Source of the DNA: Prevotella phage Lak-A1 | Sequence record: MK250016.1 | DNA: 32,000 nt | Strand: one strand, 5' to 3' | In this document: piece after piece, positions 30,609 through 32,000 of the stretch | Layout of the letters: each line of letters begins with the position of its first letter | Position numbering within the stretch: position 1 is the first letter of the stretch | Program-made: the position numbers and the translations under genes | Notes under the pieces: generated by a model | What the model saw: the letters and a program-made list of their open reading frames with translations, nothing else | Databases searched by the model: none | Told to the model about the DNA's origin: nothing

Positions 30609-32000
30609 TTAAATTAATGTTGGTGTATAACCACATTCTCTCTGTCTATTTCTTAAATAAATTAATCCGTCTTCTCGATTCATTGTATTCTCAAATTTAC
30701 AATATGTCTTTGTTTCTTCATTAAGTTTAAACCATTCTTGCTTACTATATTTAATAGGATGAATAAATTTATCATAATATTCATTCATCATCTTATTATA
30801 TAATATATCTAATGATTCTTTATTCAATTTCCATTTTGTTTGAATATCTCGCATCTTCTTAATATCATATTCAAGTCTATCAGAAACACTATATGTTCTC
30901 ACTTGAATTGCAATCTGAGAAAAATCATATTCTGATGGAATATCTTTATCTATCAATAATGAATCTTCAAAAGAATGAATATAATTAGATTGTCTAAGTT
31001 TAAGTCTCATTAATCTCTTATTCCATAATCCAAATATTAAATTATCATCACATCCTAAAACTTGCAGTTCAAATTTAATAGGATTATCGCCAGACATTTT
31101 ATCTAATATATCGATATTTCTTTTTGAGAATACCATAAGTTCACCTCCAGCATATATATTAAATGCTGACCAGAAACTTCCATACATTCTTCCTGTAAAT
31201 ATTTGTGAATCATCTTCTTGATATGCAAGGAATTCATTCATTAATGGAAGATTTATCCATGTTGAATTATTGGTTCTGATTAAATAATCATAATTTATAT
31301 TTAATTTCTTTAATTCTCTAATAGCAAATATTGTTTTTGAATATGTATGATATAAAGCATCTTCATCCCGCGTATATTCTCTCTTTATATAAATCATATG
31401 ATTACTTTCATCTACATGTGTATCTTCACCTTCTTTAGCATCAGTATAAACCCAGAAATCAATATTCATATTATCATCGATATTTGTTTTCCATGTTTCC
31501 TGACATACTTTTTCAAGTTCATTATATACTGGTTTATCCATACACATAGACAAAACAATAAGTTTCTTGTAATTCTTAACTTTTCGTAATCTTGTGTTAT
31601 AATCAACCTTAGGATGAATATATTGTTTAGGGAATGCCTTAACATCTACTGTATTACCTGGTGTATTAAACAACATCAAAGCCTGTGCCTTATCACAACT
31701 TTCATCAAAATTATTAAATGAATTAACAGCTCTATCAATTAAATCATCATAATTATCAAAACATTTTTTTGATGACCACATTTCAAGTTTCTTTCGGATG
31801 TCTGCACGAAGCCAGCTCAAATGATGCATTTTAACTTCATTCCATTTAAATACATGGTAATCTACTGTATATTGTTTAATCTTATGAATTTGACCATCTC
31901 TTCCGACTACGTTTTCTACTCCTGAATACGGTCTTACAAAACGTCTTGTAGGATCAGAAGGTAAAAGGAAATCAGTACATTCAAATGAATGTCTATATTC
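30609..32000 (-). CDS. Glycosyltransferase-like protein, continues past window edge
   Basis: LIRTNNSTWINLPLMNEFLAYQ...GRMYGSFWSAFNIYAGGELMVFSKRNIDIL. The frame is open upstream of the track ORF through ...YHVFKWNEVKMHHLSWLRADIRKKL to position 32000, so the start is outside the window. Confidence 0.6.
   Translation of the reverse strand, partial: EYRHSFECTDFLLPSDPTRRFVRPYSGVENVVGRDGQIHKIKQYTVDYHVFKWNEVKMHHLSWLRADIRKKLEMWSSKKCFDNYDDLIDRAVNSFNNFDESCDKAQALMLFNTPGNTVDVKAFPKQYIHPKVDYNTRLRKVKNYKKLIVLSMCMDKPVYNELEKVCQETWKTNIDDNMNIDFWVYTDAKEGEDTHVDESNHMIYIKREYTRDEDALYHTYSKTIFAIRELKKLNINYDYLIRTNNSTWINLPLMNEFLAYQEDDSQIFTGRMYGSFWSAFNIYAGGELMVFSKRNIDILDKMSGDNPIKFELQVLGCDDNLIFGLWNKRLMRLKLRQSNYIHSFEDSLLIDKDIPSEYDFSQIAIQVRTYSVSDRLEYDIKKMRDIQTKWKLNKESLDILYNKMMNEYYDKFIHPIKYSKQEWFKLNEETKTYCKFENTMNREDGLIYLRNRQRECGYTPTLI

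Noticed and set aside
30609-31829. Treating the glycosyltransferase-like ORF as starting at 31829
   Set aside because: The frame stays open and protein-like upstream to the window edge, so the real start is probably beyond 32000.
1-32000. CRISPR array, retron or toxin-antitoxin locus
   Set aside because: No regularly spaced repeats of CRISPR size, no reverse transcriptase motifs, and no recognisable TA pair were seen. The RuvC proteins here are TnpB-type and not beside an array.

Overview
AT-rich 32 kb segment of a large tailed (T4-like/myovirus-like) phage genome that uses an amber-recoded code (TAG read as an amino acid, most simply Gln; code-15 style). It resembles gut Lak-type phages of Bacteroidota; this assignment is inference. 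The supplied standard-code ORF track shatters the late genes. Reading TAG as sense and keeping TAA/TGA as stops gives long intact genes: minus strand 26-6910 and 17284-19116, plus strand 7066-17258. These include an S74-type tail fibre, a gp6/baseplate-J-like protein, a gp25-like protein and an 1804-aa virion/baseplate protein. The region 19212-32000 (minus strand) has few or no TAG codons outside mobile elements. It holds a PTH2-like protein, a histone H1-like protein, an AAA+ clamp loader, a sigma factor, an RNA ligase-like protein and a glycosyltransferase-like protein. A suppressor-type tRNA with apparent anticodon UUA sits at 20205-20276. The most striking region is 20549-24067. One RNA-ligase gene is split into three collinear fragments by two TnpB-family insertions, and a third TnpB element lies at 26381-27634. 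All three TnpB reading frames are intact only if TAG is sense, so the mobile nucleases appear adapted to the phage code. All translations and coordinates outside the supplied track were worked out by hand.
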